From: the human T2T-CHM13v2.0 reference genome, Homo sapiens
Assembly: GCF_009914755.1 (NCBI RefSeq)
Contig: NC_060936.1
DNA: 64,000 nt
Strand: one strand, 5' to 3'
The notes below the pieces were generated by a model that saw nothing but the letters and a program-made list of their open reading frames with translations, did no database searches and was not told the DNA's origin. This document shows positions 24,841 to 37,977 of the stretch, in pieces (position 1 is the stretch's first letter; every line of letters starts with the position of its first letter). The position numbers and the translations under genes are program-made.

Positions 24841-25087
24841 TTTTAACAACTTGACTGTCCTTCAGCTGGGTAACCTTCTACCTAGAGGTGAAATGGTTGC
24901 TTGTTCTTGGCTGCAGTCTCTCAACCTTGCTTTTCTGCTCAACATGAGAAATATTAAGCCACAAAAAATATTTTTCTGAACCAATTTGATCTGATTCACT
25001 TAAAAGAAAGTTCAGCTAGTAAATGTAATAATTTGAAATAACAGATTTTTCTAAAATTGAATTCAAACCCATTTTAATAGAAAAAAA

Positions 25088-25215
25088 TAATAATAGCAGC
25101 AAACATTTGTATAGCTACCATATAATAAGCACTTGACAAATTATTTCATTTAATGTTTACAATCACTAAGGGGAACAATTACTATCAATAACTGCATTTT
25201 ATAGATGAGGACAAC
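25088..25215 (-). mobile_element. MIR fragment
   Basis: aataatagcagcaaacatttgtatagc...cattttatagatgaggacaact. Confidence 0.65.
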
Positions 25216-27273
25216 TTTACTTGGAAGACTTTGTAAAACAAACTATTAGAACAGTTCCAGGTACTATGTCACAACTGTGGTTATCACAGCTGGGTTGAGT
25301 GTCTGTGCCCAAGAGTGTCAAAGGATCTTTATTTCTACTGAAGAAATAGTTACCAGACAGGGTAGTGGTGATGTGGGAAGAGTCTCAAATCACCTAACTG
25401 TTTTAGTGGAAATATCAGTAGTTGACAGAGTGGAGTTGAGCTGCTTATGATGAGTTGCTCACTCATCACAAGTCAGAAACTATGGAGAATGCAAATAACA
25501 ATTAGAATTTATTTGGCAATGCATGTAACAGACACTTTAAGACCTCCCCAAGAACTAAGCAGTAGCTGGAAGGGATGGAGAAGTATGTACTTTTTCAAGA
25601 GACTGAAATTCAAACCAAAGAATTTTAGGTTTAAATGTGATTTGGCCTGAGGACATTTGGGTCATAGATATTGTATAACAACTTAATCAGTTCTACTAAT
25701 AAAGAATATATTCATCTACTGCATGCAAGCTTATTGCCAGTGTGTGCCAGCCATCCAAGATGAAGAATTAAGAAACACAGTCCTAAATAAAAGCAGAATA
25801 TTACTCAGCCTAGTGTAAGCAGCCCAAAAGCCAGCAGCATTGCTTAATGGGATTATGTTTAATCTGAAAGGGCACCACTAGAGATAATGTAAAACATCCA
25901 AAGGCCTGAAGTGGCATTGAAATTATTCAACTCCTGGACTGCAGGAGCTTTTAATCAGGGCCCCTGGAATGCTGCAGCAATTTAATAAGTTTAAATTGGT
26001 TTCACTTGGATAGATCCAGATTTGTGTTGCAGATGTTATCCCACCCAAATCTCCTACACAGGTTCATCAAAAAGGGGATCATGCCTAAGCAATCTGTGGA
26101 AATTAAAAAAGAAGTAAATGCCAAAACTCGAATCTAGAAAGAGGAAGGTGTCAGACAGAAAAGTTTACCAAAGAATAAGCCTGTGAGTGTTCTGCCTTTA
26201 GACTAAATAAAATGTCTGTAATGCTTCAGTTTACTAAATCATTCTTTGTTTCAATGTATTAAATGTTTGTACAACATTTTAACATAAAAATGTTAGTATA
26301 CATATTTGAGATAAAACTATAAAAATCAACACAGTCAAAAATAGTAAATTGAAATGAATTCAATAGAGGTGCACACACAATAAGAAATGTATAGAGTGTA
26401 AATTTAAATGTAAAAAGTTGGTCTTCATGCAGAAGAGAGAAGAGGTGATTTTTAGGGGTCAGAAGTTCTGCATAAGCAATCTCTGTCCTTAAGCTGTGGA
26501 AAAAAATCAATTCATATCTATACTCCTAAACTGAATTAGGATTTTAAATGCCTATCACCATGTATAAAAGAATTCATCTCACTTCCAAACAAAGAACACT
26601 GAACAGGGCAACAATTAGTTGATTAATTATTCATCACATCGCCAATGTTCTTACAAAGAAGGAAATATACAAAGCAATCGCCTACATTTTCTTACTTTCA
26701 CAAGGACATTTGCTAAGTGCCTATTAAATGAATGTAACTAATCATGGTATATCAGTGCAAACTGTGCATAAATACATCAAAAATCAAATCACCAATCCAT
26801 TCAACCCATAAAATCCAGCAGGTGGTCTGAAGAACATTTAAGAACAACTAATCTACTAAGCAACCTTCATCACCCACTAAATAACCTTCAGCAAGAGCCT
26901 TAATTGTATGCAGGTGCAGATAATTGTACCCAAAATAGTTAAATGGTCACATCCAAAGGTATTAAGTATACATAATTTTGAAATGAAGGATAGAAGAAAA
27001 AGAAACTAACTTTTATCCCTAACCTCTGGGACAAAATACATTACTCCAGATCATAAACAACCTTGATGGCTAAGGTATTAACTTAGGTCAGTCTATCACC
27101 AAAGTCAAAATTCTCACTATATCCTTCCATGTAAAAAGGCATTGACTCTACTTAGAAATATGCCTCTTCTTGAATCTTGTCTTACGTCTTCTTTCTGGGT
27201 GCCCTGTTCAAAATCTAACCATTCTAGTTCCCCCAATAACTACATTGTGATATAAGTTACCATTTGAAAGTAC

Positions 27274-28934
27274 ATTCCATGCTCATGGATAGGAAGAATC
27301 AATATCCTGAAAATGGCCATACCACCCAAAGTAATTTATAAATCAATGCTACACCCATCAAGATACCCTTTACTTTCGTCACAGAATTAGCAAAAAAAAA
27401 AACTACTTTAAATTTCATATGGAACCAAAAAGGAGCCTGTATAGCCAAGACAATCCTAAGCAAAAAGAGAAAAGCTGGAGGCATCACACTACCTTACTTC
27501 AAAATATACTACAAGGCTACAGTAACCAAAACAGCATGGTACATGTACCAAAACAGATATATAGACCAATATAACAGAACAGAGGCCTCAGAAATAATGC
27601 CACATGTCTACAACCATCTGATCTTTGACAAACCTGAGAAAAACAAGCAATGGGAAAAGGATTCCTTATTTCATAAATGCTGTGGGGAAAACTGGCTGGC
27701 CTATGCAGAAAACTGAAACTGGACCCCTTCCTTACACCTTATACAAAAGTTAACTCAAGATAGATTAAAGACTTAAACATAAGACCTAAAACCATATAAA
27801 CCCTAGAAGAAAACCTAGGAAATACCATTCATGAAATAGGCATGGGCAAAGACTACATAACTAAAACACCAAAAGCAATGGCAACAGAAGCCAAAATTGA
27901 CAAATGAGATCTAGTTAAACTAAAGAGCTTCTGCATAGCAAAAGAAACTATCATCAGAGTGAAACAGCTACCTACAGAATGGAGGAAATTTTGGCAATCT
28001 AGCTATCTGACAAAGGGCTAATATCCAGAATCTACAAGGAACTTCAACAAATTTACAAGAAAAAACAAACAACCCCATCAAAAAGTGGGTGAAGGATATG
28101 AACAGACACTTCCCAAAAGAAGACATTTATGCAGCCAACAAACATATTTTAAAAAAAAGGTCATCATCACTGGTCATTAGAGAAATGCAAATCAAAACCA
28201 CAATGAGATGCCATCTCATGCCAGTTAGAATGGCAATCATTAAAAAGTCAGGGAACAACAGATGCTGGAGAGGATGTGGAGAAATAGGAATGCTTTTATA
28301 CTGTTGGTAGGAGTGTAAATTAGTTCAACCATTGTGGAAGACAGTGTGGCAATTCCTCAAGGATCTAGAACCAGAACTACCATTTGAGCCAGCAATCCCA
28401 TTACTGGGTACATACTCAAAGGATTATAAATAATTCTACTATAAAGACACATGCACATTATGCTTATTGCAGCACTATTTACAATAACAAAGACTTGGAA
28501 CCAACCCAAATGTCCATCAATGATACACTGGATAAAGAAAATCTGGCACATATACACCATGGAATGCTATGCAGCCATAAAATAGGATGAGTTCATGTCC
28601 TTTGCAGGGACATAGATGAAGCTGGACACCATCATTCTTGACAAACTAAACAGGAATAGAAAACCAAACACCACATGTTCTCACTCATAAATGGGAGTTG
28701 AACAATGAGAACACACGGACACAGGGAGGGGAACATCACACACTGGGGCCTGTTGCGGGGTGGGGGACAAGGTGAGGGATAGCATTAGGAGAAATACCTA
28801 ATGTAGATGACGAGTTGATGGGTGCAGCAAACCCCCATGGCACGTGTATACCTATGTAACAAACCTGCATATGTACCTATGTAATAAGTTCTGCACATGT
28901 ATCCCAGAACTTAAAGTTTAATAATAACAAAAAA
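27274..28934 (+). mobile_element. 5'-truncated L1 (L1PA7/8-like): ORF2 3' part plus 3'UTR
   Basis: attccatgctcatggataggaagaatcaatatc through ORF2 Cys-rich region (track ORF 28089-28310 ends CWRGCGEIG) to the G-rich UTR and A tail; TSD gaaagtac at 27266-27273 and 28935-28942; frame disrupted. Confidence 0.95.
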
Positions 28935-31419
28935 GAAAGTACTGCAATAAGGCTTCCAGATTCATGATGGTATAATACAAAAATATCTCTACCCACTTCT
29001 CATCTCAAAAATAATCCCCCCAAAAATCAATAACCTAGGAAGGAAATACAAATCCATCTTTAAAAAAATTCTAGATGATGTCTGTAATTCCAAATTACAA
29101 ACTATGAAGACTGAAAGAATACAAGGAAGAGGTACAATTACTTAGCATAGGGGAGGAAGAGCAATCCTAAGTATGTGGAGGGTAGGTGTTTTGGTGGATT
29201 TGACCCCAGATGTTCCAGTTTCCTTATCAATAAAATGAAAATAATAATAGCATATAACAGTATTGTAATAATCAACTGAGAAAAGAAATTTGGTGTGGGT
29301 ATAGAAATGGAGTATAGAGATGCTACAGAAAATCTCACTGCAGAAGTTTACTAGCCATATCAGGGTAGTTGGAAATATAGCCCTTAAGCTCCTAAGGACC
29401 ATAAAGGCTACTGATACAGATTTGGGAGCTACCAGCACACAAATTACAGTTAAAGCTGTGTGATGAGGGATAGGGAAGGAGTGGGATAGGGAAGGAGTAC
29501 AGCAGATGGGACAAATAAACACTCGATAAGTAAAAATAATTATAAGAATATTTAAAGTAATAGTTACAATAATTAAAATTTGAGAACATAGGACCAGACA
29601 CTGGGCTAACGATCTTACGTTTATTTCTCCTTACTTCTGGCAAAAGCTACATTTGCTGGATAACTCTTGTTTTGATTTTACTGATGAGAAAATTGAAGAT
29701 TGTATGGTAAGTTTTCATTGCCATTGATATTATTGTCTTTCCAAGCTATAGCTGGAATGCATGATGATGTGCCACTCAGGTTGTGTTGAGCTGTACTATA
29801 TTGTGCTGTGGGAGATATAAGGCATTTTAAAGTTCATTGGCCAGTCAGATGGAAGGGTGCAGATAGTCAAGCACAACTGAACAAACAGTAGCTCAGTAAT
29901 ATCTGGAAAATGAAGGAAGATAGTATCTTGAGATAAGAAGAATTGGAGCCATCCCAGACTCCTCTTGGTATATAATGATGACCTCCCCTTCAGGAATATG
30001 ACTTTAATAAATGGCTACACATGAACATAAAGGAGCTGGACAAAAAAAAAGGCAAGAGCCAATGGTATACATTAAAGTCAGCTAGATAAAGGCTGAATGG
30101 GTGAAATACACCAGAAATAAAACTAGAAAAAAAAATCATTTGTTTAGAAAAGATAGTTTCCTCTGTCAGATCAAAGCCAAATGAATCTATTTTAGCAGAA
30201 TACATTTAAAAATAAACATATTCATATAAATGGAGTTTGAATCAGTCTGTGTATTTCTAGGGTACTCAGAGATAAAGATGAATGTTATCCAGGACCTTAG
30301 CATGTCAGAAGATATTTTCAATTAATAAGCCTATAACAAAGCCATAAAGTGTAAACCTTTCTCCAGACATGAGTTGTATGAAATGCATTGATCATAAAGA
30401 GGACAAATTTGGAAAGGTGTAGTTTTAGAACAAATGTTGGAAAATAATTCAGTCTCAGCCCTATCAGAAGCCTTTAAATGCTTGCATTATATTTCTTTCC
30501 CTTGCTTTTTCTGTTTTCTCTTCTTAATTTGATATAGACCTTCATTTATTTTCTCCAATATTCATCAAACCTGCTTTCAAGAAAGGATCAGTTATTCACA
30601 AATTGTTCTCTAAAGAGCCAAATGTTTGGCTAAACACAGAAATCCTAAAATATAAAACATTTAAAAAAATATTTTTTCAATGTACACCTAGCCAAAGTGC
30701 ACTAGTCATGAATAACCATATCACTTGAAATGTAATCACTAATTCAAACATTTAGTATAAGTGGAAGTATGTCAAAGATGGCTAACCAACCACAGAAATT
30801 GAAACTTCCCCTGTCACAGGGAAGCAGAACCTGAACATAGCTATAAGCTGCCTCCCTTGCATTGAGGCGTAGCTACAGGGATCGATTTCACCAGCAGAAT
30901 AAGAGCAACAGTGATGTTGTTTGTACAATGTGATCTGGGTTCCAAGAATTATAGGAAGATGCTACTTGGGTTCTGGAGGCTGCCCATCAACGAGAAACAT
31001 TTGCATTTATAGTTACATAAAAGAAAATAATCTTTGATTTTATTGACTACATAATTTTGTTTTTGATGTTCTTGCTGTCGCAGAAGTGTTGCAAACTTGT
31101 TTTCTATGGTTCTAATGTTATTTGTTTTTTGTTTTGGTTTTGATTTCATTTTTTTTAACAAAAAGTTTTGATTGCTATAGCAGAATCCCTAAAAGTTTCT
31201 CAGAGTAGAAAACTTTGGGATGTTGCAAACATGTAAATATTCTTGGAGGCAAATAAATTATGATTTATCGGTTATATGCCACTCCTCAGCACATGTGTAA
31301 GCATTTTCCATGTATTACCTCATCATAGCCTCACAGTAGACTGTAGAATGAACTAGATTCTGAATTCTCCTAATTTCCTCTAATATTTGGCTACAAACTT
31401 CCAACTGAGAACAAAAACT

Positions 31420-32351
31420 GCTCTGTTCCTAAAGCCCTATTGGCTGTAACTAGTTGAATTTTAAGGGATAAGGCTCCTTTTGATATATGGGTCACACAGA
31501 AAGTTCATCCAACCACCTGATGTCATAACCAGAGACATTCAAACTGCAAACCAGGACAGGGAGCTGACATTTTCACACAGTTGACAGCTTTCCCCAAGAT
31601 ATCAGAACAAGACTCCATGTCACAATGAGACTCTTACCCCCTTAATGCTACCTTTTTCACTTGACAAGATAATGGTGTAATTGAAATTTCACAGTCAGTA
31701 GCTTCTGAAGATAACTTGACAGAACCTGACCTAAGAGATCTGTTAGTATCTGTTGGCTAAATAAGGAAATATCTCTGCTATTGCTAATACTACAAATTGT
31801 ACCTGGATAAATTACTCTGGGAAAGTTGAGACCCACATACACAGAAGAAGAAAACAGGCCATATAGCTGTAACAGGTCACCCTAATTTCCCATGATCATT
31901 TGATTTTTTCAACTGGTTGCCTTTAAGCCTAGGCTCATGGCTCAAAACTATTATGCAAAGTGGAATTGTCATATAACCACTAATTTTACTTTGTATTTTC
32001 CCTTTTTAAACTTTGTATCTGAGACTTGTTAAATTTTCTTAGAAGTACAACTCCTAAGACAATAATGCTGTCCCAACACCTTGAGATGATAGGAAATGCC
32101 TATTAGACAGAACTGAACATAATGGACAACTCCAAGTAAACATTTCCTCAGAGCCACTCCTTTTAAACTGCATTTCTCTAATGTGGCTGAAAGAATTTTA
32201 ACACCAACTCCTAGTTGCCAATAACTTCTCCCAATATGGAACCAGACCAGCAATCCAGGAGAGGTCTATCTTGGCACAAAGGGACAATCAAAACCTAACT
32301 ACAGGATGATTGATCACTGATACTTTCAGAGAAAGATTGTGAAGTGGGAAA
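31420..32351 (+). mobile_element. ERV1 (MER4-group) internal 3' remnant
   Basis: ERV-internal-like sequence ending in a purine tract gaagtgggaaa immediately before an LTR start; left boundary approximate. Confidence 0.5.
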
Positions 32352-32810
32352 TGTAAAAGTTGTTGAAATCAAAATGGAGTCACTTGTGGTTGGTTGTGGG
32401 GGTGCAAGGAGAACCTGACAGATAGAGCCAAGAAAGGCCATGAAGGGAGGGTTCTCAAACTTAAATGCCCGACAGCAGAAACTATCACAAAAGATGGCAA
32501 AACCCAGAGTCATGCACTGAAGCCATTGCAACCTTGCACAAAAAATATTTCTGCAAGAACATCTTCCCTGCAATTACCTGTCCAACCTCAGATTGGTGCC
32601 ACTCTTGTTATTAATCCTTGTAGCCAATGATACTTATCTTAAAACAATTATGTAATCCTCCTCATTTTTCCTTTAAAAACCTTAGTCTTTTTTTTCTTCC
32701 CTGAATATGCACATAATTTATTATGGCACAGGAATTAGCATCACAATGTCCTATTTCCCCAAAAATATTGTGTTCTTTTACAAAGCCTCTGATTGTTATT
32801 TAGGTTAAAA
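32352..32810 (+). mobile_element. ERV1 LTR (MER65-like)
   Basis: tgtaaaagttgttgaaatcaaaatggagtcac...ggccatgaagggagggttctc...ttatttaggtt. Confidence 0.6.
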
Positions 32811-33329
32811 ATTTCATGAAATCAAGTAAGCTCAGGATCAAAGCCTACATTCCTCACTCAAAAAAACATCTACAATTCACTGGACTAATTTATTATTTAG
32901 TCAGAATGACCACCATTTACTTCAATCAAGCAAAAACCCATGAACTTAAAGGGTTTATTAAGTATTCCTTCAGCCACATATAATATGCTTCCTTAAAGAA
33001 TCTCTGTTAACTATAACTCTCTTTATCCCCTTACATTTTCAATGGTGCCACAGCATTCCAACAACACATTAAAGACCTCATAGATGGAGGCTCAGCCAGC
33101 TTCCCCACTGGTCACCCATCAATACAGCATTGAGTGTTTTAGCCAGACTATTGTTGAAATATATGTGTCTAAATTGTTAGGGAAGCAACTGAAGAGGTGA
33201 TGAACTAGGAAAATAAAGAAATATAAACTTCTAGATGGTACAGTAAATTAAGAAGGCAAGAAAAGAAAGGCAAGTAGGAGTGAGGGTATGATGGTTTGCT
33301 TTCCCTAATAGGTACAGTTAATCTCTTAA

Positions 33330-33525
33330 GTTCTTTGTTTTTACTTCAATTATGGCTTGCATAAGTTTTGTCTCAAAATACTGTCATTTGTGTACTTATC
33401 TCTTCTTTCATATTATAGATTATTTAAAAAACAGGGACAGGTTCTTGTTTATCTTTGCACCTTACTCAGTTTTTAACAATGTATATATTGTATAGAGTTA
33501 TCTTGAATGATTCACATTGAATAAA
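33330..33525 (+). mobile_element. L2 3' end
   Basis: attatagattatttaaaaaacagggacaggttcttgtttatctttgcac. Confidence 0.55.
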
Positions 33526-33883
33526 AATTTCAGTGTTTTCAAATTGAAAAACATTGAAGGTAGAGAGGAATTACTGGAGTTCAAGATCTTAAAGGGGTAG
33601 ACATCCATCAAACTAATCAAAACCCAAGGATGTTTACGAAGTGAATGGCTGATTTTTGATGTTGAATGTAATTGGGGAATTTGAAGAACTCTGAAAACAA
33701 GGTATTATAGGGCTTGATTAATATTAAGGATTCTTAATTACTAAAATAATGTGTGAAGTTGGGAGTAAGAAGGAAATTATAAGATGGGTGTTTATAGAAA
33801 TAAAGGATAAAATATAGATGCTAATAGACAACAGTCGTAAGAAAAAGGACAAGTGTTATGATCAGAAAGTGTGGACTTTTCCA

Positions 33884-34307
33884 TGGTGAACAGGTATAAA
33901 CAAACCCACCCAAATGTTCCAAGGGAGCCAAGGGGCTGAATAAAGAGGCTAACGAATCCAGCTTCTCAGAAATAAATATTCAATATGGCCTTATAAACAG
34001 AAGTGATGTTTTGGGCAGTTACAAGATAGTGGACCCCCTCATCCGCCTCCAGAAAATATTCTTTATATAGCAAGCTTTTAGGGCAAAACACGGGCAGCTG
34101 GTCATATCTTCAGAGCTTCTTGCCAAGACTGATGATAACTGAGGAGTATAGACAGGTATCTTTATAAGGGGTTATCTATGCCACAATCAATGTTTAATGA
34201 CCTTACTGCAGCACACCTTGGTATGTGAGGGTCAAACACCAGTCCTTATAGTGGTTTTGCTTCAAGATGCCATCACATTTGCCTTGCAACAGTTTGTTTT
34301 CCTACAT
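33884..34307 (-). mobile_element. ERV1-type solo LTR, subfamily uncertain
   Basis: About 420 bp with TG...CA ends (...gtttgttttcctaca), minus-strand TATA-like ctttatatag, and ttcaagatg motif. Confidence 0.5.
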
Positions 34308-35624
34308 GAACAAATTTTTTTTAATGGCCTGGTCAGTGATGGTGTCATATCAATAGTCTAGACATGATGGCAGAGAACATGGAAATTATTATCTTCATTT
34401 TAGTTTTATAAGAGTTGAAGATTTTCTTGCAAGTAGGACACAACACAATGACACTCAAATAGATAAAAGTTGGAACTCTTTGTTGCATAAAACTCCAGTG
34501 TAGAGCAGCCTGCCAGTCAGGGCCGTACAGGGATTGCTCCCCAGGACAGGGTAGTAGTTAGCTAAGCTGGAGCTGTAAGGGGCATCTAAAGTAATGGCAA
34601 GCAGTGTTGAATTAACCCAGTTTCCAGGGCTTCCAGCCCTGTGGATTAGCTAATTGAAATAATTTTAGTTTTCAGCTTCTAGGGCATACGGGCTGTCTCT
34701 ACAGAGAAGAAGCAGCTTCCTTTCATGCCAGGATTAAAATTCATAGTTGGTTGCTCCATTTATCTGTTCTTCACTTGAGAATTTTGGAGCCACATTAAGG
34801 GAGAATCTGAAGGCATTTGATCAAAGTCTGTATCATCATGGATAAACCTTTAACAAATCATACAAATACAGAATTAAAGTTATCCCTTGAAGCTTCAGAG
34901 AAATATTTTTAGAACATAATAAAGCAAAATTGTTCAAAGTTAGGACTATAAAGTGTATGGAATTCCTAAATCTGAGTCCTCTATGCATCAACTGCAGACC
35001 TACTGTCAACAGATCCCCTGTTAATTCCCAGCGTATTGACTGAAATGGGACACATCCTGATGATGTTATGTGGGAACTCTGAAGAAATGCTCCTCTATTC
35101 TGACTGACCTCTCAGAGTGCCATCTATACCCTCATACACACACCTACAAACAAACTTACAAGCCAGATCTCTGCTAACATTTTTACTGGAGATACTATTT
35201 ATTGCAGTAGATTTGATCACCTATCTTCAAGAGGAGATAAAAGAATAATGGTCATATGTACAACTATGGTGTTTGTTAACTTGTGTATAATATTTCCATA
35301 GGAATTTATGAATATATAGAAAGGGTTGAAGTATATCTTAAACATTTGAGGTTGAAATTCATAAGAAAAACCACATAAACATCCTTAATGCCACTATTAG
35401 ATATTTAACACTGACCTAAATACCCACTGATATTACCTAATTTAGCATATTTTTATGTTCTGATATCGATTTTTTTTAAACAAAACATGTTTGAGAAAAT
35501 TGCATTGGACAAATTAAACAGCAAGAAAAAAATTCAAGATGATTGCAATAAAGGAGAGATATTTAACTCAATTGAAATAAAAGACGAGACAGTTTTTAAG
35601 CACTAGGGTGAGCTACTGGAAAAA

Positions 35625-35967
35625 TACTAGAGGATTTTAGGGAGGAAGCTTCGTCAGTGTGATTAGACCCTCTGTGTTTGCTAATTGGCACTTATTGAAG
35701 TTAGGCTCCAATACTCTCACAGAGAGTGGGAGATAGGGGCCCTGTCTTTCTTGATGATTACATTTCAAGGCATGGCTCCTAGGTCCTTGAGAAAGACATT
35801 GCTTGGGTTGTAAAACTGGCAAGAAGATTTACATCTAAGAGAGACAAAGAATTTACACTTCCAAGTTTTCTAAAGTAAATGCTCTAAGAAAAGGAAAGTG
35901 CAGGAACTTATAGTCAGGAAGAAACCTGTCTAGTCAAGCTGAGGGAAACTTTTAAGCCATCTTGTCA
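35625..35967 (-). mobile_element. MER31-like ERV1 LTR fragment
   Basis: gattacatttcaaggcatggctcctaggtccttgagaaagac...gaaacctgtctagtcaagctgagggaaac...atcttgtca. Confidence 0.65.
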
Positions 35968-36126
35968 CTGAAGGTCACTTGAAAGAGAAATTTTTATCCT
36001 TGCAACCACATGATAAATTTTAATTGTTTATTTTCTTAGCTATGTGAACTACTGCCCCTTCACACAATATTCATTCATCAATTTATTCACATACATATCA
36101 CATATCTATAACCACACACTGGACTG

Positions 36127-36189
36127 TTTTTTTTTTTTTTTTTTTTTTTTTTTTTGAGACGGAGTCTCACTCTGTAGCCCAGGCTGGAG
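36127..36189 (-). mobile_element. Extremely truncated Alu 3' end with pure T29 tail
   Basis: T29 (36127-36155) followed by gagacggagtctcactctgtagcccaggctggag, then Alu similarity ends. Confidence 0.85.
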
Positions 36190-36719
36190 AGATTGCAAAC
36201 TTTTATAAGGAATTTAAATACTGAGAAAACAAAGAGAGGAGTAATAAACAAAATTACCCCAGGAGAGTAAGAAAAGTATAGTTGCCAATACACGTTTTCT
36301 TGTAAGTTAGGTACATGTTTAATTTTCACAGACTATGATATTTCAAGTGATTTTCAGGTATAACTTACTATTTAAAAAAATGAACTGAATCATTTCACAA
36401 AGAGTACATTTTTTTCTAAATCATCTATCTTTTAAATATACATTTAAAAATCAGATGTTTCTGAGGATGAATTCATATTCTGAATTTTTAAAAAAACTTA
36501 CAGATTTTATAAAACACAGAGCTATATTTTTTCAGATATTTATTTCATTAAAGAAAATGTACTTTGTTTGGCTTTTTATTTCCTGTTTTGTTCCATTCTT
36601 GACTTGAATTGCTTTTGTTGTTGAAAACTGACTTTAAATACTATTTTATTTGCTTTAGCTACAAGTCATTTTTTTTTCCTTAAAACAGGAATTGCTTTTG
36701 TAATGCACACTTTTTGACC

Positions 36720-37117
36720 TTTCTTAGTCCATTGTGTTTCTGTAAAGGAATACCTGAGGCTGGATAATTCATAAAGAAAAGAAGGTATCTGGCTCACGAC
36801 CCTGTTGGCTGAAAGACTGGGCATCTGGCAAAAGCCTCAGGCTACTTCCACTCATCGCAAAGGCAAAAAGGAGCGGGTGTGTGCAGAGACCACAGGACAA
36901 GAGGGAAGCAAGACAGAGAGGGGAGGTGCCAGGTTCTTTATAACAACCAGCTCTCATGTGAACAAATACAGTGAGAACTCCTTTAAGGGAAGGCATTAAT
37001 CTATTCGTGAGGGTTCTGCCCCCACCACCTGAACACCTCCCATTAGGCCCTACCTTCAACATGGGGAGTCAAATTTTAACATGAGATTTTGAGAGAACAA
37101 ATATCCAAAACATAGCA
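36720..37117 (-). mobile_element. MaLR solo LTR (MSTB-like)
   Basis: cttagtccattgtg...taaaggaatacctgaggctggataatt...acacctcccattaggccctacct...atccaaaacatagca. Confidence 0.88.
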
Positions 37118-37958
37118 ATTTGTCCATTTTATTTTCCCTCCTAGCTCAGCCAAGCTAAACCACAGATGAATTTGGTTCTAGGTTCTGGTCTTCTTGGTCA
37201 TTCTAGAAATGGAAAAGTCACTTGGCAGTATGACTTTAAAGGATTCCTGCTGTTGACTAACATATACATATGTAAACAATCCATTATTTATTAATGAAAG
37301 TCAGATTCCGAAAAGACCAAACAGAGAAGAGAGGATGAATATCTATCTTTGGAGATGAGATTCTTAAAAGAGATTTTTACGGAAAATGTTTTTAAAACTC
37401 ATTTATTTTCATTAAATGTACCCACAGTTATTAGCAACGAATACACTGGGATGTAGCAATGGAGATGCAAGAAAAAAAGAAAGGCCATTTTCTGCTTAAT
37501 TGCAAAACAATAAGAATTTCCCTGTGTCCCTTACATTTTTCAAACACTAAAACTTTTTATATCACTTGGGTCCATTACATTTTTGAAACACTTCAAAACA
37601 TTTACATAACAATGTGATGGAGTAGCATCACATTGTAATGCTTGGAATGTGTCTAATTCACTTTACAATAACTAAACCAACTAAACATACACTGATATTT
37701 TACACCACACATGTATTTATTGAATTTTGCTTCTTGTTATATGAGATATAAAAAAGCCTTATAAATTATTGAATGCCTAACAAAATAACTGAACTTGACG
37801 ATTTTCTAAAACTACATATAAAAAATTCAAGCTTTCTGAGAGCTAGCCTTTTCATTTGAGTGGTAAGGGGGAACCATTTTAAGACAGAAAACAAGTGAAA
37901 TTTTTCATATATAAAGGCAAGGTTATTGATTTTTAAAATGGTAGCTGTGATATGATTA

Positions 37959-37977
37959 GAGTGCCACCTAGTGGTGA
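37959..37977 (-). promoter_or_regulatory. Candidate CTCF binding site
   Basis: Minus strand reads tcaccactaggtggcactc, a close match to the CTCF core CCAC(C/T)AG(G/A)(T/G)GGC(A/G)C, in unique AT-rich DNA. Confidence 0.6.

Noticed and set aside
28089-28590. ORFs resembling a Cys-rich protein domain
   Set aside because: Broken pieces of L1 ORF2 inside a 5'-truncated L1PA element; cannot encode a functional protein.
28845-28895. Small internal duplication in the L1PA 3'UTR (cctatgtaa twice)
   Set aside because: Ordinary slippage-type micro-duplication; similar ones near 50473, 56557, 57359 and 61478 were also judged trivial.
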